From Elusimicrobiota bacterium (lineage in GTDB: Bacteria > Elusimicrobiota > Elusimicrobia > UBA1565), in NCBI GenBank assembly GCA_043827405.1, contig JBDRPD010000022.1, positions 9,169 through 73,168 on the forward strand: a stretch of DNA of 64,000 nucleotides, written 5' to 3'. A model generated the notes under the pieces. The model made no database searches, was not told the DNA's origin, and was given only the letters and a program-made list of their open reading frames with translations. Of the stretch, positions 1 through 8,687 are shown in pieces (the stretch's first letter is position 1; every line of letters begins with the position of its first letter). A program made the translations under genes and the position numbers.

Positions 1-398
1 CGTCGAGCATCAGCCTGGTCGCCGCCCAGCGCCTGGTCCGTATCCTGTGCCCGCGCTGCCGCGAAGCCTATACGCCTACCAAGGAAATGCTCACCACCTG
101 CTTTGCCGAAGGCATGATGGCTCCGCCGGCCGACACCTCCGGCATCCGGTTTTACAAGGCGGTGGGCTGCGATGCCTGCTCCAAGACCGGCTACAACGGC
201 CGCATCGGCATTTACGAGGTCTACAAGATCAACGATGAGACCCGCAATATCATCACCCGTGAGCACGGCGATATCGGCGCCATCAAGGAATGCTTCAAGA
301 AGCGGGGACTCCTAACCTTGCGCGCCGCCGGCTGGCACAAGGTCGTACGAGGGATCACCACGGTGGACGAAGTATTCATGACCACCACCACGCGCTGA
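1..398 (+). CDS. GspE/PilB family secretion/pilus assembly ATPase, C-terminal part (5' truncated by window edge)
   Basis: Frame is open from nt 3: SSISLVAAQRLVRILCPRC...AVGCDACSKTGYNGRIGIYEV...KVVRGITTVDEV. These are the typical GspE/PilB C-terminal motifs with the tetracysteine zinc site. Confidence 0.9.
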   Translation, partial: SSISLVAAQRLVRILCPRCREAYTPTKEMLTTCFAEGMMAPPADTSGIRFYKAVGCDACSKTGYNGRIGIYEVYKINDETRNIITREHGDIGAIKECFKKRGLLTLRAAGWHKVVRGITTVDEVFMTTTTR

Positions 399-404
399 GG
401 TTAT

Positions 405-1100
405 ATGATAGCCCGCTGCCCCTCCTGCCATACCAATCTGGAAGCCTTCGAGACCACCTGTCCCGTCTGCATGCGCGAGCGCACGCGCGAGGAGATGTTC
501 ACCGCCCAGAGCGACGAAGCGGAATCGACGAGCGCGGTCAAGAAGCGCGGCTTTGGGTTTTTGTGGCTGCTCGTAGGCTTCGGCGTCGTCGGCTACGGCT
601 ACCACATGCATACGCAGAAGAAGCTTATGGAAGACCGGGCCGCCGCGCAGGAGAAGGCGGCCGTGAGCAAAGGAGCGGAGAAGGCCGTGCCGCATACCGC
701 CGCAGCCGGCGCCGCGCCGGAAGAGAAGATCACCAAATGGACCATCGGCGGCGAGGTCTACGATTTACTGAGCCTCAAGCCCGTAAAGGGCGCCCAGCTG
801 GTATTCACCGACAAGGCCAAGGGCAGCCGCTACAAAACGAAGACCGACGCGAAGGGCCGCTACACGATCAAGCTGCCGAAGCTGAAGGACGACGGCTACG
901 AGCTCGTCGTCAAGCACCGCCGCTACCGTGGGGTATATCTGGAGGAAGAGACGTCGCGCCCGCTCAAACGGCAGGACCGGGAGTCCCGCCTGGAGACCTA
1001 CGACGCCTTCAGCCGCACCGCCATCCTGCACGTTCCCCTGCTGCCGCCGGAAGACCAGCATACGGTCCGGCACGACCTCGTGCTGCTGCCGCCGCAGTAA
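405..1100 (+). CDS. Membrane protein with N-terminal zinc ribbon and carboxypeptidase-regulatory-like (prealbumin-like) domain
   Basis: CPSC...CPVC, one TM helix (FGFLWLLVGFGVVGYGY), then IGGEVYD...PVKGAQLVF...TKTDAKGRYTI. Confidence 0.7.
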   Translation: MIARCPSCHTNLEAFETTCPVCMRERTREEMFTAQSDEAESTSAVKKRGFGFLWLLVGFGVVGYGYHMHTQKKLMEDRAAAQEKAAVSKGAEKAVPHTAAAGAAPEEKITKWTIGGEVYDLLSLKPVKGAQLVFTDKAKGSRYKTKTDAKGRYTIKLPKLKDDGYELVVKHRRYRGVYLEEETSRPLKRQDRESRLETYDAFSRTAILHVPLLPPEDQHTVRHDLVLLPPQ

Positions 1101-1114
1101 GTCCGCCGGCTAGG

Positions 1115-2338
1115 CTAGTTGGAGCCGTGCGTCCACTGATAGACGTCGCAGCCGTCGACCTGCCTCTCAACCGGGGTGAAGTCCGCGGTCGTGCGCATCG
1201 CCTCGATGACGTGCTTGCCGATGAAAATGCTGTTGGCCCCGGCGTACTTCTGCATATGCCCCGCGATGTCGATCGAGCGGTCGCTCATCTCTTCCATGGG
1301 GATCGTCTCATCGAAGAGGACGTTGCCGGCGTTGATGCCGCAGCGAACCTTGAAGTCGCGGCTCATCGCCTTGACGTGCTTGTTGAAATGCTCCAGATCG
1401 CCGATGACCTGCTTGGCGGCGCCGACCGCGGCCTCCGCTGAGGGGAAGCATATCATGACGCCGTCGGGCGTCCACGCCGCCTTGAGCCCCTTATTGTCGG
1501 CGATGGCCTTTTCCACCACCTTTTTGTACTGCGTAAAATCACGCGCGGCAATCGCCGGGTCCTCACCGACCTTCATGCCGGTAGAATCAACGACGTCGAT
1601 GGCGAGAAAGGACAGGCTCTTCTTCTGTTCCTCGAGCTTTTTCTTGGCCTGCGCCATGAGCTCAAGCAACTCATCGCGAGACGCGGCCTTTGACGCGCCG
1701 CCGGCGAGCACCCGGTCTCGCGCCTGCCCCAGCAGCTTCTCTCCCTGCAGCCGCATAGCATCGTGCGCTTCCTTGCCGGCCTGGGCTTCCGCCGCGCGCT
1801 TGGCCTCGGCCAGCCGCTGAACTTCCGCAAAGGACTGCCGCTGCGCCTCGACGGCGGCGGCCTGGCTGGCGCGCTCCTTGGCGGCGCGCTCCGCGCGTTC
1901 GGTCGCCTCCCGCTCCAGCCGGAACATGGCCTCCTGCTGCGCTTTCAGCCGCTCTTTGCGTTCGGCGGCCAGCGCCGCATTGGTCTCGCGCTTCCTCTGT
2001 TCCTGCGCCAGAACCTCGCGGAAAAACAGCAGGCGGCTCTTCTGCACCTCGGTGAGAATCCACAGCACGAATACCGCCATAATAAACATCCACGGCGCGA
2101 GATCATTGCCCTCGAACTTATGCGGGAGGTTCTCGCGGATAAGGGATGCGGCGGGGTTCTCGATCGCCTTCTCGGCGATGATCATGTAGTTAAGTGCGGG
2201 GTAGGTTTCGGCCTTCTCGACGTAAGAAAGGCCCATTACGACAAAAAACAGAACCAGGTAAAGAGCGAAAACGATGCTGAGCGCCCGCACCATGCCGCGA
2301 AACACGCTTACAATAAGACTCTTCGTCGCTATGATCAT
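1115..2338 (-). CDS. Membrane-bound class III adenylate/guanylate cyclase-like protein
   Basis: Two TM helices, a coiled coil, then FLAIDVVDSTGM, TPDGVM, VRCGINAGNVL. GGAGGA RBS on the minus strand at 2341-2346. Confidence 0.8.
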   Translation of the reverse strand: MIIATKSLIVSVFRGMVRALSIVFALYLVLFFVVMGLSYVEKAETYPALNYMIIAEKAIENPAASLIRENLPHKFEGNDLAPWMFIMAVFVLWILTEVQKSRLLFFREVLAQEQRKRETNAALAAERKERLKAQQEAMFRLEREATERAERAAKERASQAAAVEAQRQSFAEVQRLAEAKRAAEAQAGKEAHDAMRLQGEKLLGQARDRVLAGGASKAASRDELLELMAQAKKKLEEQKKSLSFLAIDVVDSTGMKVGEDPAIAARDFTQYKKVVEKAIADNKGLKAAWTPDGVMICFPSAEAAVGAAKQVIGDLEHFNKHVKAMSRDFKVRCGINAGNVLFDETIPMEEMSDRSIDIAGHMQKYAGANSIFIGKHVIEAMRTTADFTPVERQVDGCDVYQWTHGSN

Positions 2339-2356
2339 ATTCCTCCCGCAAATGAC

Positions 2357-2373
2357 CTAAAGCCAGGCTTTAG
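2357..2373. promoter_or_regulatory. Perfect palindrome CTAAAGCC-A-GGCTTTAG between divergent genes; candidate operator
   Basis: 8-bp inverted repeat with a 1-nt spacer in the AT-rich intergenic region between the cyclase gene and dapB. Confidence 0.45.
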
Positions 2374-2417
2374 ATGTTTATTATACCATTAATTTCTGTA
2401 ATCCTGCCCCCCGGGAC

Positions 2418-2426
2418 TGATATAAT
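2418..2426 (+). promoter_or_regulatory. Extended -10 promoter (TG-A-TATAAT) of dapB
   Basis: Consensus TGnTATAAT ending 6 nt before the GTG at 2433. Confidence 0.55.
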
Positions 2427-2432
2427 CCAGGA

Positions 2433-3122
2433 GTGGAAAGGCCTATTCGAGCAGCGCTCTGCGGAGCGCGGGGACGCATGGGGCGGCAAATCATCGCGCT
2501 CGCCGAAGAGTTTTCCGGACTGAGCATCGTCGCGCATATCGACCTCGACAATCACCGAACCCTGAGGGCGGCGATGGAACAGGCCGACGTGCTCATTGAT
2601 TTCAGCTCCCCCAAGGGCGCCCTCGCCGCCGTCGCGGCGGCAGGCAAAGCCCGCGTCCCCGCCGTCGTCGGCACCACGGGCTTCACCCCGGCGCAGACCA
2701 AGCGTCTCAAGAGCCATGCGCGGCGCATCCCCCTGCTGCTCGCTCCCAACTGCAGCCCCGGGATGAACCTGCTCTTCGAGCTGGCGCGCAAAGCCGCCGC
2801 CTCGCTTCCGTCCTACGACGCGGTCATCTCGGAGACCCACCATACGCGGAAAAAAGACGCCCCCTCCGGCAGCGCCAAGCGGCTGGCCGAGGCGGTCCGG
2901 GAGGGCCGCCGCGGCAAAAGCGGCGTTGCGACGGTGAGCCTGCGCGCCGGCGACATCATCGGCGACCATACGCTGCTGCTCGCCGGACCCGACGAGCGGC
3001 TGGAGCTGAGCCATCAGGCGCAGGCGCGCAGCGTTTTTGCCCGCGGCGCGCTGGAGGCCGCGGTCTGGATCAGCCGCCGCCGCCCGGGACTCTACACCAT
3101 GAAAGACCTGCTCGGTCTATGA
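2433..3122 (+). CDS. dapB: 4-hydroxy-tetrahydrodipicolinate reductase
   Basis: GARGRMG, DVLIDFS, VVGTTG, APNCSPG, ETHHTRKKDAPSGSA, SLRAGDIIGDH, FARGAL. Confidence 0.96.
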   Translation: MERPIRAALCGARGRMGRQIIALAEEFSGLSIVAHIDLDNHRTLRAAMEQADVLIDFSSPKGALAAVAAAGKARVPAVVGTTGFTPAQTKRLKSHARRIPLLLAPNCSPGMNLLFELARKAAASLPSYDAVISETHHTRKKDAPSGSAKRLAEAVREGRRGKSGVATVSLRAGDIIGDHTLLLAGPDERLELSHQAQARSVFARGALEAAVWISRRRPGLYTMKDLLGL

Positions 3123-3496
3123 GCCGGCGGGGACTCAAAGAGCGGCTGCTCGACCTCTTCAGCGACGAGGACGATCCCGAGGAGCCCTACTTCGATCCGG
3201 CTCATATCGGCGCCGTCATCATCCTCTGCCTAACGGGCATCGGCGCCCTCTACTGGCTGCTGTGGACGCTGCTGGTCTTTGAGGGCGGACTGTTCGGCAA
3301 GCTGGGAGCCGCCGCCGCCGTGCTGTTCACCTCGAAAACGCTCAAAGATGTCGGCTACCTCGGCACGCCGCATGCGATGGGCCCCTTCGAAGGCTGGCTG
3401 GGGAACGTGCTCGCCTTGGCTCTCTGCGTGCTCGTCGCCGCGGCGCTCAAACGCCTTTATACGCAAACCGCCGCGAAAAACCGCCGCCGCCCATGA
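3119..3496 (+). CDS. Hypothetical membrane protein
   Basis: ATGA overlaps with dapB and folK; 2-3 hydrophobic helices. Confidence 0.7.
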   Translation: MSRRGLKERLLDLFSDEDDPEEPYFDPAHIGAVIILCLTGIGALYWLLWTLLVFEGGLFGKLGAAAAVLFTSKTLKDVGYLGTPHAMGPFEGWLGNVLALALCVLVAAALKRLYTQTAAKNRRRP

Positions 3497-3924
3497 CGCC
3501 CGGGGCGGACTGCCTGATCGCCTTGGGCTCGAACCGGGGCCGCCGGCGCAGCCATATCCGCTTCGCCCTGCGCGCGCTGGACCTTTTGCCGCGCACCCGG
3601 CTGCTGCGCCGCTCATCGCTGCACGAGACGGCGCCGGTCGGAGGGCCGCCGCAGCGGCACTTTATCAACGCCGCCGCGCTGATCCGGACCCGGCTCAGCC
3701 CCATGGGCCTCCTGGTAGAGCTCAAGCGTCTCGAAGCGTCCTGCGGCCGGCGGCCGGGACCGCGCTGGGGGCCGCGCCCTCTCGACCTGGATATTCTGTA
3801 CTACGGCCGCAAAAAACTGCGGACCCGCTACCTCCGCGTGCCGCATCCGCTCGTCCGCAAACGACAGTTCGTGCTCGCCCCGCTGGCAGAGGTGAGCCCT
3901 TCCCGGCTGGGCGGAAAATGTTAA
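3493..3924 (+). CDS. folK: 2-amino-4-hydroxy-6-hydroxymethyldihydropteridine diphosphokinase
   Basis: IALGSN, SSLHETAPVGG, FINAA, RWGPRPLDLDIL, LRVPHP, FVLAPLAE. Confidence 0.95.
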   Translation: MTPGADCLIALGSNRGRRRSHIRFALRALDLLPRTRLLRRSSLHETAPVGGPPQRHFINAAALIRTRLSPMGLLVELKRLEASCGRRPGPRWGPRPLDLDILYYGRKKLRTRYLRVPHPLVRKRQFVLAPLAEVSPSRLGGKC

Positions 3925-3933
3925 GATAGCCCC

Positions 3934-4767
3934 ATGCCCCCGGCAAAGATAACGACGGCGAAGCTCCGGGAGATGAAGCAGCAGGGCCGGACCATCGTCG
4001 CCCTGACCGCCTATGACGCGCCCACCGCGCGGCTGCTCAACGACGCGGGGGTCGACGTCATCCTGGTCGGCGATTCGGTCGGCAACGTCAAGCTCGGCTA
4101 CGAGAACACGATCCCGGTCACGGTCGACGAGATGCTGCATCACACCAAAGCGGTGCACCGCGGAAATTCCCACGCCTTGCTGGTGGCCGATATGCCGTAT
4201 CTCTCATATGAGATCGACGTGCTGGAGGCTTTGCGCAGCGCCGGCCGGCTCATTAAGGACGGCGGCGCGGAGGCGGTAAAGGTCGAAGGCGGGCTCGAAG
4301 TCGCGCCCGTCATTAAGGAGCTTCTGCGCGTCAACATCCCGGTCATGGGCCACCTCGGCCTGACCCCGCAGGCGCTGCACCGGATCGGCGGGTATAAGGT
4401 ACAGGGACGCCGGCCGGAAGACGCCGACAAGATGATAACGGACGCCAAGATCCTGGAGGGGGCGGGAGTTTTCGCCATCGTCCTCGAATGCGTCCCCGCC
4501 GAGCTGGCCAAGGAGATCACGGCGCAGGTACAGGTGCCGACGATCGGCATCGGCGCGGGAACGGAGTGCGACGGGCAGATTCTCGTCAGCGACGATATCT
4601 TCGGCATGAGCGGCGCCCCGGTACCGAAGTTCGTCAAGCGCTACGCCGACCTGCACTCCACCATGCTCGAAGCCGTCAAGCAGTACGCCGATGAGGTCCG
4701 CGGCAAGGACTTCCCCGCCCGCGACCACATCTACACGTCCTCGGCCAAGCCTCGGACCTCGCGCTAA
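3934..4767 (+). CDS. panB: 3-methyl-2-oxobutanoate hydroxymethyltransferase
   Basis: LTAYD, ILVGDS, VADMP, AVKVEGG, GHLGLTPQ, VLECVP, PTIGIGAG, CDGQILV. Confidence 0.97.
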   Translation: MPPAKITTAKLREMKQQGRTIVALTAYDAPTARLLNDAGVDVILVGDSVGNVKLGYENTIPVTVDEMLHHTKAVHRGNSHALLVADMPYLSYEIDVLEALRSAGRLIKDGGAEAVKVEGGLEVAPVIKELLRVNIPVMGHLGLTPQALHRIGGYKVQGRRPEDADKMITDAKILEGAGVFAIVLECVPAELAKEITAQVQVPTIGIGAGTECDGQILVSDDIFGMSGAPVPKFVKRYADLHSTMLEAVKQYADEVRGKDFPARDHIYTSSAKPRTSR

Positions 4768-4770
4768 GAC

Positions 4771-5643
4771 GTGACCTGGCTGCTCCTGCTCCTTCCGCTG
4801 CTGCTCTTGACCCTGATCGGCGCCTGTTGGTGGGGCTCCGGCCGGGTGTTTCACCCCCCCGCCATGACCCCGCTGTATGTTTTCCCGGAACAGTTCGGCC
4901 TGGCACATGAGAAGGTCTCCTTCCCGACCGAGGACGGCCTGACCCTTAAGGGCTGGCTCATTCCCGCGCGGGAGAAAACCGACCGCACCATATTTTTCTG
5001 CCACGGCTGGGGAGACAACAAAGGCGACATGCTGGACCGCTTCCACTTTCTGGCCCGCGATTTCAATCTATTCTTCTACGACAGCCGCGCGCACGGCGAG
5101 AGCGGCGGGGAATTCTCCACCATCGGGTATCTGGAGGCGATCGACTTCACGGCGGCGCTGCGCTTCCTCAAAGAGCAGCGTCCCGCCTGGATGCGCCGGC
5201 TCGGATTTTACGGCCTCTCCATGGGCGCCGCGGTAGGAATCCGCGGCCTGGCGTATGCCCCGGAGTTCCGCTGCGCCGTGCTGGAAGCGCCGTTCGCCTC
5301 ATTCAATGAGGTGGTCGAGCAGTTCTGCACCATAAACTATCCGCTGCCCCGCTTTCCTTTTGCCTACCTGACGCTCGCTATCATCCGCCACCGGCTCGGC
5401 GCGGACTCTGAACCCCATAGTCCCCGGTATCACATCAGGAAACTCTCCGGGCGGCCCCTGTTCTTCATTTCCGGAGCGCAGGACCGCCTGATGCCGCCGG
5501 CCATCGTCCGTTCACTGTACGAAGAAGCCGGCCAGCCCAAGGAGCTGTGGGAAATCCCGGAGGCGGAGCACGGACGCTGTCAGGAAGCCGCCGGAGAGGA
5601 ATACAACCGGCGGGTGCGGGAGTTCTTCCGCGCCAACCTATGA
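4771..5643 (+). CDS. Membrane-anchored alpha/beta hydrolase (ABHD13/YqkD-like)
   Basis: N-terminal TM, LKGW, CHGW, YDSRAHGESGG, nucleophile motif GLSMG, late D and H (SGAQD, AEHG). Confidence 0.85.
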   Translation: MTWLLLLLPLLLLTLIGACWWGSGRVFHPPAMTPLYVFPEQFGLAHEKVSFPTEDGLTLKGWLIPAREKTDRTIFFCHGWGDNKGDMLDRFHFLARDFNLFFYDSRAHGESGGEFSTIGYLEAIDFTAALRFLKEQRPAWMRRLGFYGLSMGAAVGIRGLAYAPEFRCAVLEAPFASFNEVVEQFCTINYPLPRFPFAYLTLAIIRHRLGADSEPHSPRYHIRKLSGRPLFFISGAQDRLMPPAIVRSLYEEAGQPKELWEIPEAEHGRCQEAAGEEYNRRVREFFRANL

Positions 5644-6497
5644 AACGAGCAGGCACCCTGACGGCGATCGGACGCATCACGGAGCGCTGGAGGCGTTCCG
5701 GGAAGAAGATCGGCTTCGTCCCCACCATGGGAGCGCTGCATGCGGCTCATATGTCCCTGGTCGAGCGCGCGCGCAAGGAATGCGACCGCGTTGTCGTTTC
5801 GATTTTCGTCAATCCGGCGCAGTTCGGCCCGCAGGAGGATTTCACGCGCTATCCCCGCCCCCGGCGCCGCGACGACGCCTTGTGCCGCGAAAACGGAGTC
5901 GACGCGCTCTACCGTCCCCGCACCGCGGATATTTACCCCCCGGGCTTTCGCACCTTCGTCGAAGTCACAGACCTGTCCGAACTGCTGTGCGGACGCTCCC
6001 GTCCCGGGCACTTCCGCGGAGTGGCTACCGTGGTCCTAAAACTCCTGGAGCAGGTCCGGCCGCATGCGCTGTACCTGGGCGAAAAGGATTTCCAACAGCT
6101 GGTCATTGTGCGCCGCATGGTGCGCGACCTGAATATCCCCGCGCGCGTCATCGGCTGCCGGACCCGGCGCGAGCGCGACGGCTTGGCGCTATCGAGCCGC
6201 AACAACTATCTGCGCCCGCAGGAACGATCCTGGGCGCCGCGGCTCTACCGCGCGCTGCGCTGCGGGGCGGCGGAAGGGCGCCGGCGGGGAGCTACGCCGG
6301 GCCGCGTTCTCCGCAGCATGCGCCGGGAAGCCGAAAAGATTCCCGGCGTCCGCATCGACTATCTCGAAGTCATTGATGCGGATACTTTGCGGCGGCCCGC
6401 ACGCTTGCGAGGGCGCATGCGCCTGCTGGGAGCCGTCCGCATCGGCGAGACCCGGCTCATTGACAATATTCCCTTCACAATGCGACCATTATGCTGA
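5640..6497 (+). CDS. panC: Pantoate--beta-alanine ligase
   Basis: GFVPTMGALHAAH, SIFVNPAQF, RPGHFRGVATVV, GEKDFQQ, DGLALSSRN, RLIDN. Start placed at ATG 5640, overlapping the upstream stop. Confidence 0.96.
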   Translation: MKRAGTLTAIGRITERWRRSGKKIGFVPTMGALHAAHMSLVERARKECDRVVVSIFVNPAQFGPQEDFTRYPRPRRRDDALCRENGVDALYRPRTADIYPPGFRTFVEVTDLSELLCGRSRPGHFRGVATVVLKLLEQVRPHALYLGEKDFQQLVIVRRMVRDLNIPARVIGCRTRRERDGLALSSRNNYLRPQERSWAPRLYRALRCGAAEGRRRGATPGRVLRSMRREAEKIPGVRIDYLEVIDADTLRRPARLRGRMRLLGAVRIGETRLIDNIPFTMRPLC

Positions 6498-6524
6498 TCG
6501 ACGGATATTTACGGTAATTCATCC

Positions 6525-8687
6525 TTGAATAGGCTTTCCTTAACTATAGCGTTCGTTTTGGCCGCCGGACCGCTGTGCCTCCGTGCGCAATCCGAGGAAG
6601 CGGCCGCCGCGCCGAAAACGGCTCTCAGCTACCTCAACGAGCATCTCGGTGCCGCGGCGGCGGATATCCTGGAAGCCCGCGGCTACGTCGTTCTGGCGGG
6701 CAAGACCAAATCCCGGCGCCTGGTTCATGTTCAGTGGAAGGCCCTGGAACTCCTCTTGGCCAACCGCAAGGATCTTCTCGTTTTCATAAAGCTTTTCGAC
6801 AGCCGTCCGGCATTCGATACCGCCCCGGAAGATATCGCCGCGCTGCGGCGGCTCAAGGAGCTGCCCAGCACGGGGCTGCTCACGCCGGCCATGCATTCAG
6901 CGGTTGACGTCATTGCCGCGCATCTGCAGGAGGCGGCCGCCCTGCCGAAAAAGGCCCCGGCAGGGACGGAGAACGGCGCTTTCAGCACGCGGTGGGGCGA
7001 GGAGTTCCGCGCGGAGTTCCATGCCGAGCTCTTGACGGATTTTACTCCGCTGGCCGAAGACTATTTCACGCGCGTCCTTTCCCTTCCCGAAGCGGACGCG
7101 CACTTCCGTTCCTACATGCAGGACGTTCGCGGCCTTGACGCGGGAATCCTGCTGGATCAGGACCAGGCCGCCGGCGAACTGTCGCGCAAGACGAGCTTGC
7201 TTATCGCCTCCTACCTCCTGGATCAAAAACGCCTATGGAACCTGGCGCAGACGGCGCACCGCCTCAAAGACATCCTGCGCTCGAGCGGCCTGCGCGCCGA
7301 TCTGGATGGGCTGCGCGGAACTCTGCCGGCGGCCGGCGATCACAAAAGCATCCTCAAGGGTCTGCGTACGGCCCTCGAAGAACAGGACCGGGACGCCCGC
7401 ATCCGCTTCCGCGGCACCGACCTGCACGTGCACGCTGCCGACGGCGGCGCCCAGCAGAATACGGGCGACCGGGTCGTCGTCAGCCTGGCGTACTGGATCG
7501 AAGGGGCGAACAGCGGGGAACGGATCGACGTGTCCGCGACCGGCTTTATCGACGACCGCGAGCAGGGTGTCCGCCGCAAAATCGCCGACACCAAGCGGCT
7601 CGGCAGCGGCGGCCCCTACACGTTTACAACCGAGGTGACGCTCGAGTCGCCGTACCCCGTAGCCTACCGCTTCTATCTCAGCGCCCCGGGCGCGGAGACG
7701 CTGGAAGCCGACGTCACGATCGGGGTATCGCCCAGCTTCCAGGATACGGTCACCTCGCTCGCCGAAGCCGACGGGCTCGTCTCCAGGTGCCAGCTCAATA
7801 AGGCCGAGAAGGCCCTGCAGGACGCGCGCGGGGAAACCGCCGCTCTGGCCGGCAGGGAGCCGTTTAAAAAGCTATTGACCGACATCGACGACCGGCGCAA
7901 AGAGCTGGCACGGCGGAAGGAGGCGCGCGGACACCTGAAAGGAAGCCTGGACAGCGTCCATCTCTATGCCTCGCGCGAGCACTGCGACTATCAACCCGAC
8001 CGCGCCGAGCGCGCCCTGGCGCTCATGAAGCGGCTGCCGCCGGGCTGTGACCAAATCCGGGCGGCTTCGGGCCAGGCGCTGTCTCAGCATATCGTCAAGC
8101 TGCTGCGCCGCACCAGCCGCCGGCGCCATCTGCAGGACGCTTTCAGCGCCGCGGCCGCCAAGGCGCGCGAACTGGAACGGAACTGCAGCATCCAGGAAGC
8201 GGCCGATATGTATACTTCGGCGCTGGCGCTGCTGGAGTCCGACCCGGGGGCGCGCTGCGGTGAATGGGAGACGGATTTCGAGCGGATTCGGCTCAACGAT
8301 CTGCGGCGGGTAGGGCGCGCCTCCGCCGTCAGGGACGCGATTGAGCGCACGATCTCCAACGCTGAAAAAGCCTTCGCGCAAGGGCACTACGCCGCAGCTT
8401 TAAGCATTCTGCATCCCTTGCGGGCGGGCATCGACGCCCTCGATAACGCCGGCTGCTACGGCGCGCTGAAAGAGCAGGCCGAGAAAGTGGCACAAGCCGC
8501 CGGCCTCGCTCTGCCGCCCCGGCCCGCGCAGGATCTTAAGGAATTGCTTCCAAGTGACCCGATCGCCAAACCCCTCGAAGACGTACGCCGCGCGAGCCGC
8601 CGTCTGCGCGAGGAGCGCCGCCGGCAGCAGGAAACGGAAACCAGCTTTGAAGGCCCCAATACGCCGGACGAGGAGGAACCGCAGTGA
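6525..8687 (+). CDS. Exported hypothetical protein with a central beta-sandwich and Cys-containing TPR-like C-terminal region
   Basis: Signal peptide-like N-terminus; 720-aa ORF coupled to the next gene by a GTGA overlap. Confidence 0.65.
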   Translation: MNRLSLTIAFVLAAGPLCLRAQSEEAAAAPKTALSYLNEHLGAAAADILEARGYVVLAGKTKSRRLVHVQWKALELLLANRKDLLVFIKLFDSRPAFDTAPEDIAALRRLKELPSTGLLTPAMHSAVDVIAAHLQEAAALPKKAPAGTENGAFSTRWGEEFRAEFHAELLTDFTPLAEDYFTRVLSLPEADAHFRSYMQDVRGLDAGILLDQDQAAGELSRKTSLLIASYLLDQKRLWNLAQTAHRLKDILRSSGLRADLDGLRGTLPAAGDHKSILKGLRTALEEQDRDARIRFRGTDLHVHAADGGAQQNTGDRVVVSLAYWIEGANSGERIDVSATGFIDDREQGVRRKIADTKRLGSGGPYTFTTEVTLESPYPVAYRFYLSAPGAETLEADVTIGVSPSFQDTVTSLAEADGLVSRCQLNKAEKALQDARGETAALAGREPFKKLLTDIDDRRKELARRKEARGHLKGSLDSVHLYASREHCDYQPDRAERALALMKRLPPGCDQIRAASGQALSQHIVKLLRRTSRRRHLQDAFSAAAAKARELERNCSIQEAADMYTSALALLESDPGARCGEWETDFERIRLNDLRRVGRASAVRDAIERTISNAEKAFAQGHYAAALSILHPLRAGIDALDNAGCYGALKEQAEKVAQAAGLALPPRPAQDLKELLPSDPIAKPLEDVRRASRRLREERRRQQETETSFEGPNTPDEEEPQ

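Noticed and set aside
290..1441. 383-aa plus-strand Arg-rich ORF
   Set aside because: Alternate frame overlapping three better-supported genes.
3934..6497. Hydrolase between panB and panC as a panD substitute
   Set aside because: It is membrane-anchored with an esterase-type triad; nothing suggests decarboxylase activity, and panD may lie elsewhere.
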